The translations under genes and the position numbers were made by a program. Shown here in pieces: positions 1 to 8,625 of a stretch of 64,000 nucleotides of DNA; position 1 is the stretch's first letter, and each line of letters opens with the position of its first letter. The DNA comes from Mangrovibacterium sp. (GTDB taxonomy: Bacteria; Bacteroidota; Bacteroidia; Bacteroidales; Prolixibacteraceae), in contig JBFXGM010000012.1 of assembly GCA_050178015.1 (NCBI GenBank), forward strand, positions 31,967-95,966, read 5' to 3'. The notes under the pieces were generated by a model, which was given only the letters and a program-made list of their open reading frames with translations, ran no database searches and was not told where the DNA came from.

Positions 1-578
1 GGGCCAAAAGGCTTCATTACCGGCAAGGCCGTGGCAAAATCCACTTTCCACGATTGCTCCTTGGTAAAAGCGATCGCTCCCGCCAGATCAATTTCCTGCT
101 CGTCGAAATGATGAATAGCTTCGTGCCCGTCATCAAAAACCACCACCGCCGTTTCCAATTGATTTTGCTCAGCGCCTTTATCAATTTTAAATGAAAGCAG
201 TCCGGCGCCCGCTGCATCTGGCTGAAGGTTGAACTGATAAATACCTGGCTGCACCGGTTCACCCAAAGCTTCTGCAACTGTCTTGCCACCAACAAGCAAG
301 GTTGCTTGCACGGAAGCCCCTTCGAGCGGCTTAAAATCAGTCAGGCGGGTGAAGTGAGCCAAAACGGACGCTTGCTCACCAACCACAAACGGATCGGCTT
401 CGGCGAACAACTCGAAATATTCACTATATACAAGCAGGGTTTGCTTTACCTCTTCGTGTTCATGATCGTGATCATACGAGGTTTCTTTTTCGCGACCATG
501 AGGTTCTTGATGTGCATGTTGATGCGAGCAAGCCCACAAAGCCAGACTTGCCACCAATACGATAAATCTTGATTTCAT
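1..578 (-). CDS. Efflux RND transporter periplasmic adaptor subunit, CzcB/CusB-like lipoprotein, His-rich N-terminus (3' end runs off the window)
   Basis: Not in the ORF track; my manual translation from ATG at 578 gives MKSRFIVLVASLALWAC-SHQHAHQEPHG...YDHDHEHEEVKQTLLVYSEYFELFAEADPFVVG...HFTRLTDFKPL...PVQPGIYQF...IAFTKEQSWKVDFAT, open to the window edge. Lipobox, His/Asp-rich patch and FTKEQxWKxDF pattern fit Bacteroidota heavy-metal RND adaptors. Confidence 0.75.
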   Translation of the reverse strand, partial: MKSRFIVLVASLALWACSHQHAHQEPHGREKETSYDHDHEHEEVKQTLLVYSEYFELFAEADPFVVGEQASVLAHFTRLTDFKPLEGASVQATLLVGGKTVAEALGEPVQPGIYQFNLQPDAAGAGLLSFKIDKGAEQNQLETAVVVFDDGHEAIHHFDEQEIDLAGAIAFTKEQSWKVDFATALPVMKPFG

Positions 579-656
579 AATTCATACTGATTGAAATAAT
601 TGACAGGAAAAATCGCAAAACGATCGTTCCTAAAATCCGATAAAAAACAAATTGAA

Positions 657-1064
657 TTATGAAAAAGCAGGTGGGGCGCGCAATCCGGAAGGATGTTCGC
701 AAAATATTTTGGGAAGCAGAAACAGCGGTTCGGCATAGGTTTCCACAACAAAATCAGGCAGCAAAAAATCGTCAACGCAGGCTTGAAGCAGGTAACAGGA
801 AGTCAGAAAAATCACCTTCGAGGGGACCAGCTCAACCTGAAAGGAACAATGTCCGGCGGGTTCCTGATTGTGCGAACAATGGCACTGGGGCAGGCCTTCC
901 TGCAGAAAGACCTGGTCCGCAACGACAGGATCGTGCTGATGTTCGAGCTGACAACTTTCGGAAAATAAATCGGAATGGTGGTGGTGCGGAACCACATTAT
1001 GCGCCAGGATGATCAGGTAAACCGACATCAAAAGAAAGGACACTATTTTCCGACTTTTTCGCAT
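657..1064 (-). CDS. Small exported/membrane His-rich protein with C-terminal GLRAPP (DUF2946/CruR-like putative arrest-peptide leader)
   Basis: 135 aa: hydrophobic N-terminus, AHNVVPHHHH, His/Cys-rich middle, ends PSGLRAPPAFS; directly upstream of and co-oriented with the RND adaptor. Confidence 0.75.
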   Translation of the reverse strand: MRKSRKIVSFLLMSVYLIILAHNVVPHHHHSDLFSESCQLEHQHDPVVADQVFLQEGLPQCHCSHNQEPAGHCSFQVELVPSKVIFLTSCYLLQACVDDFLLPDFVVETYAEPLFLLPKIFCEHPSGLRAPPAFS

Positions 1065-1068
1065 GCGC

Positions 1069-1076
1069 CAAAGATA
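1069..1076 (-). promoter_or_regulatory. Bacteroidota -7 promoter box TATCTTTG for the RAPP leader (probably leaderless mRNA)
   Basis: Forward CAAAGATA = TATCTTTG on the minus strand, only 4 nt before the ATG at 1064. Confidence 0.65.
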
Positions 1077-1137
1077 GTTTTTTCTGTATAATAATATTTA
1101 ATAACTTCGTGGAGAAACGGCTTTACCCTGTATCCCT

Positions 1138-1800
1138 ATGCATAGAACAACAAAAATCTACCTGACCGGTTTATTCCTTATATTGCTGATCAGTGCTTTT
1201 GGACAAAGTAAAATTATCCGCAACCAAGGTTTTTATTATACGATAGAAGCCACCGGCGGAATCGGCTTAACCATGAGCACAGATTTCCCGCATGTGGATA
1301 TTGAATCCTTTTCCCCTGCCAACATGGGTATCCGGGCATCGGCCAACTGGTTTCAGAATTACCATCTTTCGTTAGGTACCAGTGTAGGCTACATGCGTTA
1401 CCAAAACCCGGACTTAAATACAACACCGGGGATCATTACGGTGGATCAGAGCAAAAGCATGACCACCTTACCGGTTATGGCCAATGTGAAATGGTTTACC
1501 GGGAAACCTGCCAAATCCTACTTTTTTTATGCCGAAGGCGGTTATGCCATCCGTCTGGAAAAAGACCGCGAGAATAAAGGGTTTGTTTACGAGGCAGGGA
1601 TCGGCTACCGGCACCAGTTACAGGCAAGAAAGAATTTTATCCTCTTTAAACTGGGGTACAACGGATTTAAAACCAACGAGTGGATTTGGGAACTAACCCC
1701 GCGCGGCCGGGAAGAACATATCAACGAATACCAGTGGTATTATCTCGATCGCCCGACCATCAACCTGACCATCGGGTTCTACCACTCAACCCGATATTAA
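1138..1800 (+). CDS. Outer-membrane beta-barrel protein, unknown function
   Basis: Signal peptide (SAFG-Q), alternating amphipathic strands, YFFYAEGGYAI, aromatic-rich C-terminal strand INLTIGFY. Confidence 0.65.
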   Translation: MHRTTKIYLTGLFLILLISAFGQSKIIRNQGFYYTIEATGGIGLTMSTDFPHVDIESFSPANMGIRASANWFQNYHLSLGTSVGYMRYQNPDLNTTPGIITVDQSKSMTTLPVMANVKWFTGKPAKSYFFYAEGGYAIRLEKDRENKGFVYEAGIGYRHQLQARKNFILFKLGYNGFKTNEWIWELTPRGREEHINEYQWYYLDRPTINLTIGFYHSTRY

Positions 1801-1806
1801 AAAGAA

Positions 1807-1825
1807 ACGGGGCCGGCAGCCCCGT
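1807..1825. terminator. Hairpin between convergent genes
   Basis: ACGGGGC-cggca-GCCCCGT, A-rich flanks. Confidence 0.6.
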
Positions 1826-1830
1826 CAAAA

Positions 1831-2742
1831 TTATTCGACAAATTTCATCGCTTTCATCCATTGCACAAACAAACCGGGCCATTGCTCCACGGGCTTGTTT
1901 ATTTTCTTCATGCCGAAACCATGACCTCCATGGCCGAAAATGTGCAACTCTGCCGGAACGCCAAACTTCTTCATTTCCATATAAAAACGGATCGAATTTT
2001 CGGGTACCACTCCCCTGTCGTCGTCGGCCAGCACAAAAAAGGTGGGCGGAGTTTGCTCATTCACATGTAGTTCGTTGGAATACTTCGACGCCAGTTTCCA
2101 GTCGTTGGTTTCGCCAATCAGGTTGATCCGCGAGCCCATGTGGCCGATTTTCTCGTCGAAACTGATAACCGGATACAACAGCAACATAAAATCGGGGCGG
2201 CTGCTCAATCGCGCCAACAGGTCGTTCGACTGCAGATCGCCTAAATCATAATGCGTTCCGGCAGTAGAGGCCAAATGGCCGCCAGCCGACGAACCGGCAA
2301 TGCCCACCTTTTGCGGATCAATCCCCCACTCGCCCGATTTTGACCTCACAAAACGCATGGCCTGCAGGGCATCAGTCAACGGGATTTCAGGATTTCCGTA
2401 TGGAAGACGGTACTTCAAGACGATCCCCGCAATTCCGTTTTCTTTCAGAAATTCGGCTATCTGGAATCCTTCGTGCTCGATCGCTTCCACCCGGTAACCT
2501 CCACCGGGGCAAATAACCACTGCCGCACCAGTATTTTTCTCCGTTTCAGGCAAATACACAAACAGTTCGGCCGTCGAAATATTATCGTAGCGCCCCGTGC
2601 CATTATCCACATAAAAACGTTCTTCCCCCGGAGGAGTATTCTGATTAGGGGCCCCATCGGGCCAAAGTTGCAAGCGGTAGTCCTGTGCCATTCCCTGAAA
2701 CAATAAAAACGTTAAAACGAAAAGAAGATTGATTTTTTTCAT
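1831..2742 (-). CDS. Exported alpha/beta hydrolase (esterase, BD-FAE/acetyl esterase-like)
   Basis: Signal peptide; CPGGGY oxyanion motif, GSSAGG nucleophile elbow, DDRGV and GGHGFG catalytic Asp/His regions. Confidence 0.85.
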   Translation of the reverse strand: MKKINLLFVLTFLLFQGMAQDYRLQLWPDGAPNQNTPPGEERFYVDNGTGRYDNISTAELFVYLPETEKNTGAAVVICPGGGYRVEAIEHEGFQIAEFLKENGIAGIVLKYRLPYGNPEIPLTDALQAMRFVRSKSGEWGIDPQKVGIAGSSAGGHLASTAGTHYDLGDLQSNDLLARLSSRPDFMLLLYPVISFDEKIGHMGSRINLIGETNDWKLASKYSNELHVNEQTPPTFFVLADDDRGVVPENSIRFYMEMKKFGVPAELHIFGHGGHGFGMKKINKPVEQWPGLFVQWMKAMKFVE

Positions 2743-2967
2743 CGCCAGAATATTTAGTTATTTGAAATTCAGTTGCTCTCTTACCCGGGAATTTTGACTG
2801 CCATTCATCGTCATTTGATTGTCATTCATTGTTCTTCACCACAAAATGACCATGAATGGCGCCCCTAAAAATACAAATATATCACCAGCAGCCGAAGTTT
2901 TCGCTAGAAATGAACAAACCTGGATTATGCAAAACCTTCAAAACAGGAAAACTGTTATTTTTGTCCT

Positions 2968-3606
2968 ATGTTTTTATCACTTTTCATCAAAGGAATTCTT
3001 ATTGGGTTGGCAGTTTCGGTCCCATTGGGACCAATTGGCCTACTAATTATCCAGCGGACAGTCAACAAAGACAGGACGGCGGGCATTTTGTCGGGGATGG
3101 GTGCCTCACTTTCCGACACCATTTATGCCCTTGTTGCCGGGTATAGCCTCACCTATATTATTGATTTCATTCAAGCGCACCAGATTACGTTCCAGCTTAT
3201 CGGCGCTCTGATCATCCTCCTCCTGGGTGTTCATATTTTCGTGAAAAATCCGGTTAAGGATTTGAAGCGATACCGCAAGCGGGGGAGCAACTATTTTCAG
3301 GACTTGGCTTCCACTTTTCTGATTACCTTTCCGAATCCAATGGTCGTATTTATTTTTCTGGCCGTTTTTGCCAGTTCGGGCATTGTTTTTCAACTGGACC
3401 AGCCCTATCAAACCATTCTAATTGTTTCGGGCGTTTTTATTGGCGCCAATAGTTGGTGGCTTTTGCTAACCGGAACGGTTAGCTTTTTCAGGCACAAATT
3501 TAACCTGCGGGTTTTGTGGTGGTTCAACAAAATTGCCGGGGCACTGATTATAGTGTTGGTTTTGGTAACCCTGGTCATCTCGTTGGTTGAAAACTTCAGG
3601 ATTTGA
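2968..3606 (+). CDS. LysE family translocator
   Basis: GILIGLAVSVPLGPIGLLIIQRT signature, multiple TM helices, TFPNP motif. Confidence 0.9.
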   Translation: MFLSLFIKGILIGLAVSVPLGPIGLLIIQRTVNKDRTAGILSGMGASLSDTIYALVAGYSLTYIIDFIQAHQITFQLIGALIILLLGVHIFVKNPVKDLKRYRKRGSNYFQDLASTFLITFPNPMVVFIFLAVFASSGIVFQLDQPYQTILIVSGVFIGANSWWLLLTGTVSFFRHKFNLRVLWWFNKIAGALIIVLVLVTLVISLVENFRI

Positions 3607-4006
3607 CGTATTTGCGAATGGCATCCAGAAAATATTCCGGGGCACGACACGGCTTATTTGTTTTTGCATCAAAAAAGGCCAGCACCACTTCCCCTTCGTT
3701 GATCAGCTCCCCGTTTGGGTTGTAGATTTCTGTTTTAATGGGGAATTTCACTTTCGGGACTTGGTCCACAATGGTCCGGATCGTAAGCAAATCGTCATAA
3801 TAAGCCGACTTCAGGTAATTCACCTTCAGGCTGCGGGCTGGCAACAGAATCCCCGATTCTTCCATATTCTTATAAGAAAGCCCAAGTTCACGGATCATTT
3901 CGGTACGGCCAATTTCGTAGTAACGGGCGTAAACGCCGTAATACACCACCCCCATCTTGTCCGTATCCTCGTAATACACCCGGACTTTTGTTTCGCAAAC
4001 CAACAT
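3596..4006 (-). CDS. Acyl-CoA thioesterase, YbgC/4HBT family
   Basis: RVYYEDTDKMGVVYYGVYARYYEIGRTE hotdog-fold signature. Confidence 0.9.
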   Translation of the reverse strand: MLVCETKVRVYYEDTDKMGVVYYGVYARYYEIGRTEMIRELGLSYKNMEESGILLPARSLKVNYLKSAYYDDLLTIRTIVDQVPKVKFPIKTEIYNPNGELINEGEVVLAFFDAKTNKPCRAPEYFLDAIRKYVKS

Positions 4007-4012
4007 TCTTTC

Positions 4013-4816
4013 TTATTTAAAGGGTGAATCCGGCTCTTTGGCCATGTGATTATAGGTAAGTTTATCCAACAATTTCGGGAAAAATTTACCCAGGAAAACG
4101 GTGAGCTTACCTTCCACAAACGTGAGAACCAATTCCCGCTTGCGTTTTTCCACCGCACAGACAATATGACGGGCACATTCTTCGGCGCTCATCATTTTTT
4201 CTTCCTTACGCGGTGTTTCGCCTTGTTTCTGCCCATCGGCAGTAAGGGCGGCTTTTCGTACTTCGGAGGCCGTAAAACCAGGTGCAGCCACCAACACGTG
4301 CAGTCCTTTTTTCATATTTTCGATTCGCAGGGTATCCAGGAACCCCCGAATGGCAAATTTGGAAGCCGCATAACCGGTACGCCCGGGAAGGCCAACAAAA
4401 CCGGCAATAGAAATCACGCCAACCACCGAGCCTTTTGTTTCCAACAAATGAGGCAGCGCGTATTTGGTGCAATAAACCGTTCCCCAGAAATTAACATCCA
4501 TCAACTGACGAATCACATCCAACTCAACCTCCTCAAAAATGGCCCGCATGGATATTCCTGCATTGTTGACTAAAACATCAATCCGCCCGAAGCGTTCCAT
4601 GGCAGCATCAATCAAGTTCCGGCAATCCGCCTCCACGCTAACATCAGCTTGTTGAATCAGCACTTCAGCAGGCGCCAGCGATTCTCTAAGATTTTGTAAC
4701 AAATCCATTCGGCGGGCACCCAAAACAAGCTTTGCCCCACGCGCCGCAAATTCAAAAGCCAGCGCTTTTCCAATGCCGGATGATGCTCCTGTGATGATGA
4801 CAATTTTATCCTTCAT
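4013..4816 (-). CDS. SDR family oxidoreductase
   Basis: TGASSGIG, NNAG, YAASK catalytic motif. Confidence 0.92.
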   Translation of the reverse strand: MKDKIVIITGASSGIGKALAFEFAARGAKLVLGARRMDLLQNLRESLAPAEVLIQQADVSVEADCRNLIDAAMERFGRIDVLVNNAGISMRAIFEEVELDVIRQLMDVNFWGTVYCTKYALPHLLETKGSVVGVISIAGFVGLPGRTGYAASKFAIRGFLDTLRIENMKKGLHVLVAAPGFTASEVRKAALTADGQKQGETPRKEEKMMSAEECARHIVCAVEKRKRELVLTFVEGKLTVFLGKFFPKLLDKLTYNHMAKEPDSPFK

Positions 4817-4958
4817 ATTTCTAAATCAACGAAAAACAAAAGTAGCTTTTTTTTGTTTTGGTGGCGAATCAAGCATCTAACAACTCACTGTTGATAACTA
4901 CAGTTCGCTTTTTTTTCATTTTTTGCAACCTAAAGCTTGCAATTAAACGTAGAGTTCT

Positions 4959-4966
4959 TACCTTTG
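4959..4966 (+). promoter_or_regulatory. -7 promoter box of tRNA-Lys
   Basis: TACCTTTG, with TTG about 19 nt upstream. Confidence 0.75.
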
Positions 4967-5004
4967 CAGCGCCTTTAAACAAAAAGGCTACACATAACGA
5001 GGAT

Positions 5005-5077
5005 GACTCAGTAGCTCAGCTGGTAGAGCACATCCCTTTTAAGGATGGGGTCCTGGGTTCGAATCCCAGCTGAGTCA
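5005..5077 (+). tRNA. tRNA-Lys (anticodon TTT)
   Basis: Acceptor GACTCAG/CTGAGTC-A, D-arm AGCTCAGCTGGTAGAGC, anticodon arm CATCC-ctTTTaa-GGATG, T-loop GGTTCGAATCC; CCA not encoded. Confidence 0.96.
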
Positions 5078-5091
5078 CACTTCAAAACAAC

Positions 5092-5127
5092 AAAAGCGCG
5101 TAAATCGAATGGTTTAGGCGCTTTTTT
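5092..5127 (+). terminator. Intrinsic terminator after tRNA-Lys
   Basis: AAAAGCGC..TAAA / TTTA..GCGCTTTT stem followed by a T-run. Confidence 0.7.
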
Positions 5128-5208
5128 ATTTTGCGGGAGACACCAAAATATTTCAGAAATCGGGGATCAATCGAAATTTTTTTGCGTTTTATTGTACCGC
5201 TTTGCATC

Positions 5209-5244
5209 AAAAAAAAGCCCGTAAGTGTTGACTTACAGGCTTTT
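5209..5244 (-). terminator. Intrinsic (bidirectional) terminator after tRNA-Ser
   Basis: AAAAGCC-c-GTAAGT-gttg-ACTTAC-a-GGCTTTT with A/T tails. Confidence 0.7.
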
Positions 5245-5268
5245 GCTTCTTTTTGCTTTGTTTTCCAG

Positions 5269-5353
5269 CGGAGAGAGAGGGATTCGAACCCCCGGACCCG
5301 TGAAGATCAACGGTTTTCAAGACCGCCGCATTCGACCACTCTGCCATCTCTCC
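5269..5353 (-). tRNA. tRNA-Ser (anticodon TGA)
   Basis: Reverse complement GGAGAGATGGCAGAGTGGTCGAATGCGGCGGTCT-TGA-AAACCGT, long variable arm, GGTTCGAATCCCTCTCTCTCCG; 85 nt. Confidence 0.96.
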
Positions 5354-5365
5354 CTGATGTGGCGG

Positions 5366-5373
5366 CAAAAGTA
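5366..5373 (-). promoter_or_regulatory. -7 promoter box of tRNA-Ser
   Basis: TACTTTTG on the minus strand, 12 nt upstream of the mature 5' end. Confidence 0.7.
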
Positions 5374-5627
5374 GATGAATTTTCCAAAACTCAAAAACAA
5401 TTGCAAGAAAAAAACTTCTGATTTCAAAAAAAAAAAAGCAAGCTAAGAGTTGCATTTTTAAATCTTATTTTAGAATTTTATAAAACTTAAAATTAGAGCG
5501 ACGGAAAGTGTTGATTTTACTGATGTTTTAAGAAAATTTGTCGCATCTTTGGCAATTAATAACGGTAACTATGTCAATAAACAAGTAATAATAATCAGTT
5601 TATTTTTAACCCTAAACATGTTTTCCT

Positions 5628-5897
5628 ATGAACAAAGCTCAATTAATTGATGCCATTGCTGAAAAAGCAGGTCTTACTAAAGCTGATGCCAAAAAAGCGC
5701 TCGACGCATTTGTTGAATCTACAACCGATGCATTGAAAAACGGCGACCGTGTTGCATTGATCGGATTCGGTTCTTTCGCAGTTTCTACTCGCAGTGCCAG
5801 AACTGGTAGAAATCCTCAGTCAGGAGCTCCTATTGAAATTCCTGAAAAGAAAGTGGTAAAATTCAAACCAGGTGCAGAACTTACTGATACAATCTAG
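5628..5897 (+). CDS. hup: DNA-binding protein HU
   Basis: MNKAQLIDAIAEKAGLTK...LIGFGSF...RTGRNPQSG...KFKPG. Confidence 0.97.
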   Translation: MNKAQLIDAIAEKAGLTKADAKKALDAFVESTTDALKNGDRVALIGFGSFAVSTRSARTGRNPQSGAPIEIPEKKVVKFKPGAELTDTI

Positions 5898-5919
5898 TAT
5901 TGTCCTGAAAGAAATTCTG

Positions 5920-5950
5920 AAAGGGTGGCCGCGAAAAAGCCACCCTTTCT
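5920..5950 (+). terminator. Intrinsic terminator after hup
   Basis: AAAGGGTGGC / GCCACCCTTT perfect 10-bp stem, T-rich tail; a TATTTTTG box (5951-5958) for trmH follows at once. Confidence 0.75.
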
Positions 5951-5983
5951 TATTTTTGTCCTTTCATCAAGCTGCAATTCAAC

Positions 5984-6667
5984 ATGGATCAACATTTAAT
6001 CAACTATCTTTCTGAATTCGTCACGCCAGAACGGCTCGACCTGTTTGAGCGGACATTGGCCCAGCGCACCCGTTACCTGACCATTGCCCTTGAAGATATT
6101 TACCAACCGCAAAATGCCAGCGCCGTTCTGCGCACGGTAGATTGTTTCGGACTGCAAGATGCCTACATCATCGAAAACAATAATAAATTTGAAGTTGACC
6201 GCGAAGTTGCCATGGGCGCGACAAAATGGCTAAACCTGAAAAAGTTCAACAAAAAAGAGAACAATAGCCTGGAAGCAATTAAGCATTTGCGGAAAAAAGG
6301 TTACCGTATTGTTGCCACCACGCCACACGAAGGCGACATCAACCTGGAAGATTTTGACCTGAGCAAAGGAAAAACAGCCCTGTTCTTTGGAACAGAACTA
6401 ACCGGAATTTCGGAAATAGTAAAAAACGAAGCCGATGAATTCCTGAAAATCCCCATGTACGGCTTTACCGAAAGTTTTAACATATCGGTATCAGCCGCCA
6501 TCACTTTACATCACCTCACTCACCAATTACGATATCACACCAACCTGGACTGGCACTTGACACCGCAAGAGCAGGCCGAAATAAAACTAAGCTGGTTGCG
6601 CCGGTCCATCAAAACGTCGGCGCTAATTGAAGAACAATATAAGCTAAAGCTAAAAGAAGGATTATGA
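5984..6667 (+). CDS. trmH: TrmH/SpoU family RNA 2'-O-methyltransferase (tRNA Gm18-type)
   Basis: LEDIYQPQNASAVLRT, FFGTELTG, IPMYGFTESFNISV SPOUT motifs. Confidence 0.85.
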   Translation: MDQHLINYLSEFVTPERLDLFERTLAQRTRYLTIALEDIYQPQNASAVLRTVDCFGLQDAYIIENNNKFEVDREVAMGATKWLNLKKFNKKENNSLEAIKHLRKKGYRIVATTPHEGDINLEDFDLSKGKTALFFGTELTGISEIVKNEADEFLKIPMYGFTESFNISVSAAITLHHLTHQLRYHTNLDWHLTPQEQAEIKLSWLRRSIKTSALIEEQYKLKLKEGL

Positions 6668-8595
6668 ATGAAGTATTTGTTGAGAAATTTGACGACATAA
6701 AAATTTTACGGTTTTGGCTAACCGGGTTCGATCAGTTGAGCCTCAGCCAAAAACAGTATATCTACTATTTGAGTGAAGCGGCCCGTTGCGGACGCGATAT
6801 TTTGTGGGATCAAAACAACCGCTACAATTTAAAGATCAGGAAACTTCTCGAAACTATTTACCTGTCCTATTCCGGAAAGCGTGACACAGCTGATTTTGAA
6901 GCATTTCACACCTACCTGAAAAAGATTTGGTTTGCCAATGGCATCCATCACCATTATTCAACCGATAAATTTCGCCCGGGCTTCAACCGATCAACACTCG
7001 AAACATGGATGCGGCAATCGGAATTAGGCGATTTGAAGCATGATCGTGATCTGGAAGACCTGTTGGATGTCATCTTCAATCCGGAACGGGAAAGCAAGCG
7101 GGTGAGCCTGGACAGCAACAAGGATCTGCTTGAAGCATCGGCCATGAATTATTACCAGGCTGTCTCACAACAGGATGCCGAGCTGTTTTATGACGAAAAA
7201 CGCAAGGCAGCCGGGCAGCAGGCTCCGTCGTTCGGGCTGAACAGTCAATTGGTGAAAAAGGACGGCCAATTGCAGGAAGTGATTTGGAAGGCGGACGGGA
7301 AATACGGCCCCGCCATCCGGGAAATTATCTGTTGGCTCGAAAAGGCCATTCCGTTTGCTGAAAATGAATTGCAGCAGGAGCTGATCCGAAAACTGATTGC
7401 TTATTACGAGACAGGCGATTTGAAACGATTTGACGAATACAGCATCTTGTGGGTGAAAGAAAATCAGGGGCAGGTGGACTTTGTGAACGGGTTCATCGAA
7501 GTGTACGGCGACCCGCTGGGAATAAAAGGCAGCTGGGAATCCATCGTCAATTATAAAGACATGAAAGGCAGCGAACGCGCCCGTATTTTATCGGAAAACG
7601 CTGCTTGGTTCGAAGCCAACTCACCGGTTGACGACGACTACAAAAAGAAAGAAGTTAAAGGTGTAAGCGCCAAGGTAATCCACGTGGCCATGCTGGGCGG
7701 CGATTGCTACCCGCACACGCCAATTGGGATCAACCTACCCAATGCCGACTGGATTCGGGAGATCTACGGTTCTAAATCGGTAACCATCGAAAACATTACA
7801 CACGCCTACTTTATCGACTCGCTGAGCAACGGTATGTTGGAAGAATTTGCCGCTTCATCCGCAGAGATTGAGCGGGCCCGGAATTTTGGCCAACTGGCCG
7901 GCAACCTGCACACCGATCTGCATGAATGTCTGGGTCACGGATCCGGACGGATGCAGCCAGGAGTAAGCCCCGAAGATCTGAAAAATTACTATTCCACCCT
8001 GGAAGAAACACGCGCCGATTTGTTTGCTCTCTATTACATCGCCGACAACAAGCTTCTCGAATTGAGACTGGTACCTTCCCCGGAAACCGGTATGGCCGAA
8101 TACGATGCCTACCTGCGCAATGGGCTGATCACTCAACTCACGCGCATTGAGCCAGGGAAAAACCTGGAAGAATCGCACATGCGCAACCGCCAGCTGATTG
8201 CCCGTTGGGCATACGAGCATGGTCAGGCCGAAAACATTGTTGAATTTATTTATCGGGACGAAAAAACGTACGTCCGGATTAATGATTATCTGAAATTGCG
8301 TGATCTGTTTGGCCAATTATTGAAAGAAGTGCAACGGATCAAATCGGAAGGCGATATCGGAGCAGCCAAAGCCTTGGTTGAAAGCTATGGTGTAAAGGTG
8401 GACGGGAAGTTGCATGACGAAGTGCTCGAAAGGTTTAAAAAGCTGAACATTGCCCCCTACGCCGGGTTTGTCAACCCCGAACTTGTGCTGGTAAAAAACG
8501 AAGCGGGCGAGGTGGTAGATGTGGATGTCGATTATTCGTCGGGATATACCGAACAAATGCTGGCCTATTCTGACAAATATGGCTTCCTGGCTTAA
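6664..8595 (+). CDS. Dipeptidyl-peptidase III (peptidase M49)
   Basis: HECLGHGSG zinc motif (Bacteroidota variant), EETRAD, EESHMRNR; ATGA overlap with trmH. Confidence 0.93.
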   Translation: MNEVFVEKFDDIKILRFWLTGFDQLSLSQKQYIYYLSEAARCGRDILWDQNNRYNLKIRKLLETIYLSYSGKRDTADFEAFHTYLKKIWFANGIHHHYSTDKFRPGFNRSTLETWMRQSELGDLKHDRDLEDLLDVIFNPERESKRVSLDSNKDLLEASAMNYYQAVSQQDAELFYDEKRKAAGQQAPSFGLNSQLVKKDGQLQEVIWKADGKYGPAIREIICWLEKAIPFAENELQQELIRKLIAYYETGDLKRFDEYSILWVKENQGQVDFVNGFIEVYGDPLGIKGSWESIVNYKDMKGSERARILSENAAWFEANSPVDDDYKKKEVKGVSAKVIHVAMLGGDCYPHTPIGINLPNADWIREIYGSKSVTIENITHAYFIDSLSNGMLEEFAASSAEIERARNFGQLAGNLHTDLHECLGHGSGRMQPGVSPEDLKNYYSTLEETRADLFALYYIADNKLLELRLVPSPETGMAEYDAYLRNGLITQLTRIEPGKNLEESHMRNRQLIARWAYEHGQAENIVEFIYRDEKTYVRINDYLKLRDLFGQLLKEVQRIKSEGDIGAAKALVESYGVKVDGKLHDEVLERFKKLNIAPYAGFVNPELVLVKNEAGEVVDVDVDYSSGYTEQMLAYSDKYGFLA

Positions 8596-8625
8596 GCCGC
8601 AATAATTGACATTACAATAGCCTGA

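Noticed and set aside
306-1012. Plus-strand ORFs 306-572, 659-1012 and 693-968
   Set aside because: Opposite the RND adaptor and RAPP leader, which carry convincing motifs.
5078-5268. Integrated element or prophage at the tRNAs
   Set aside because: No integrase, no duplicated tRNA 3' end and no mobile genes anywhere in the window.
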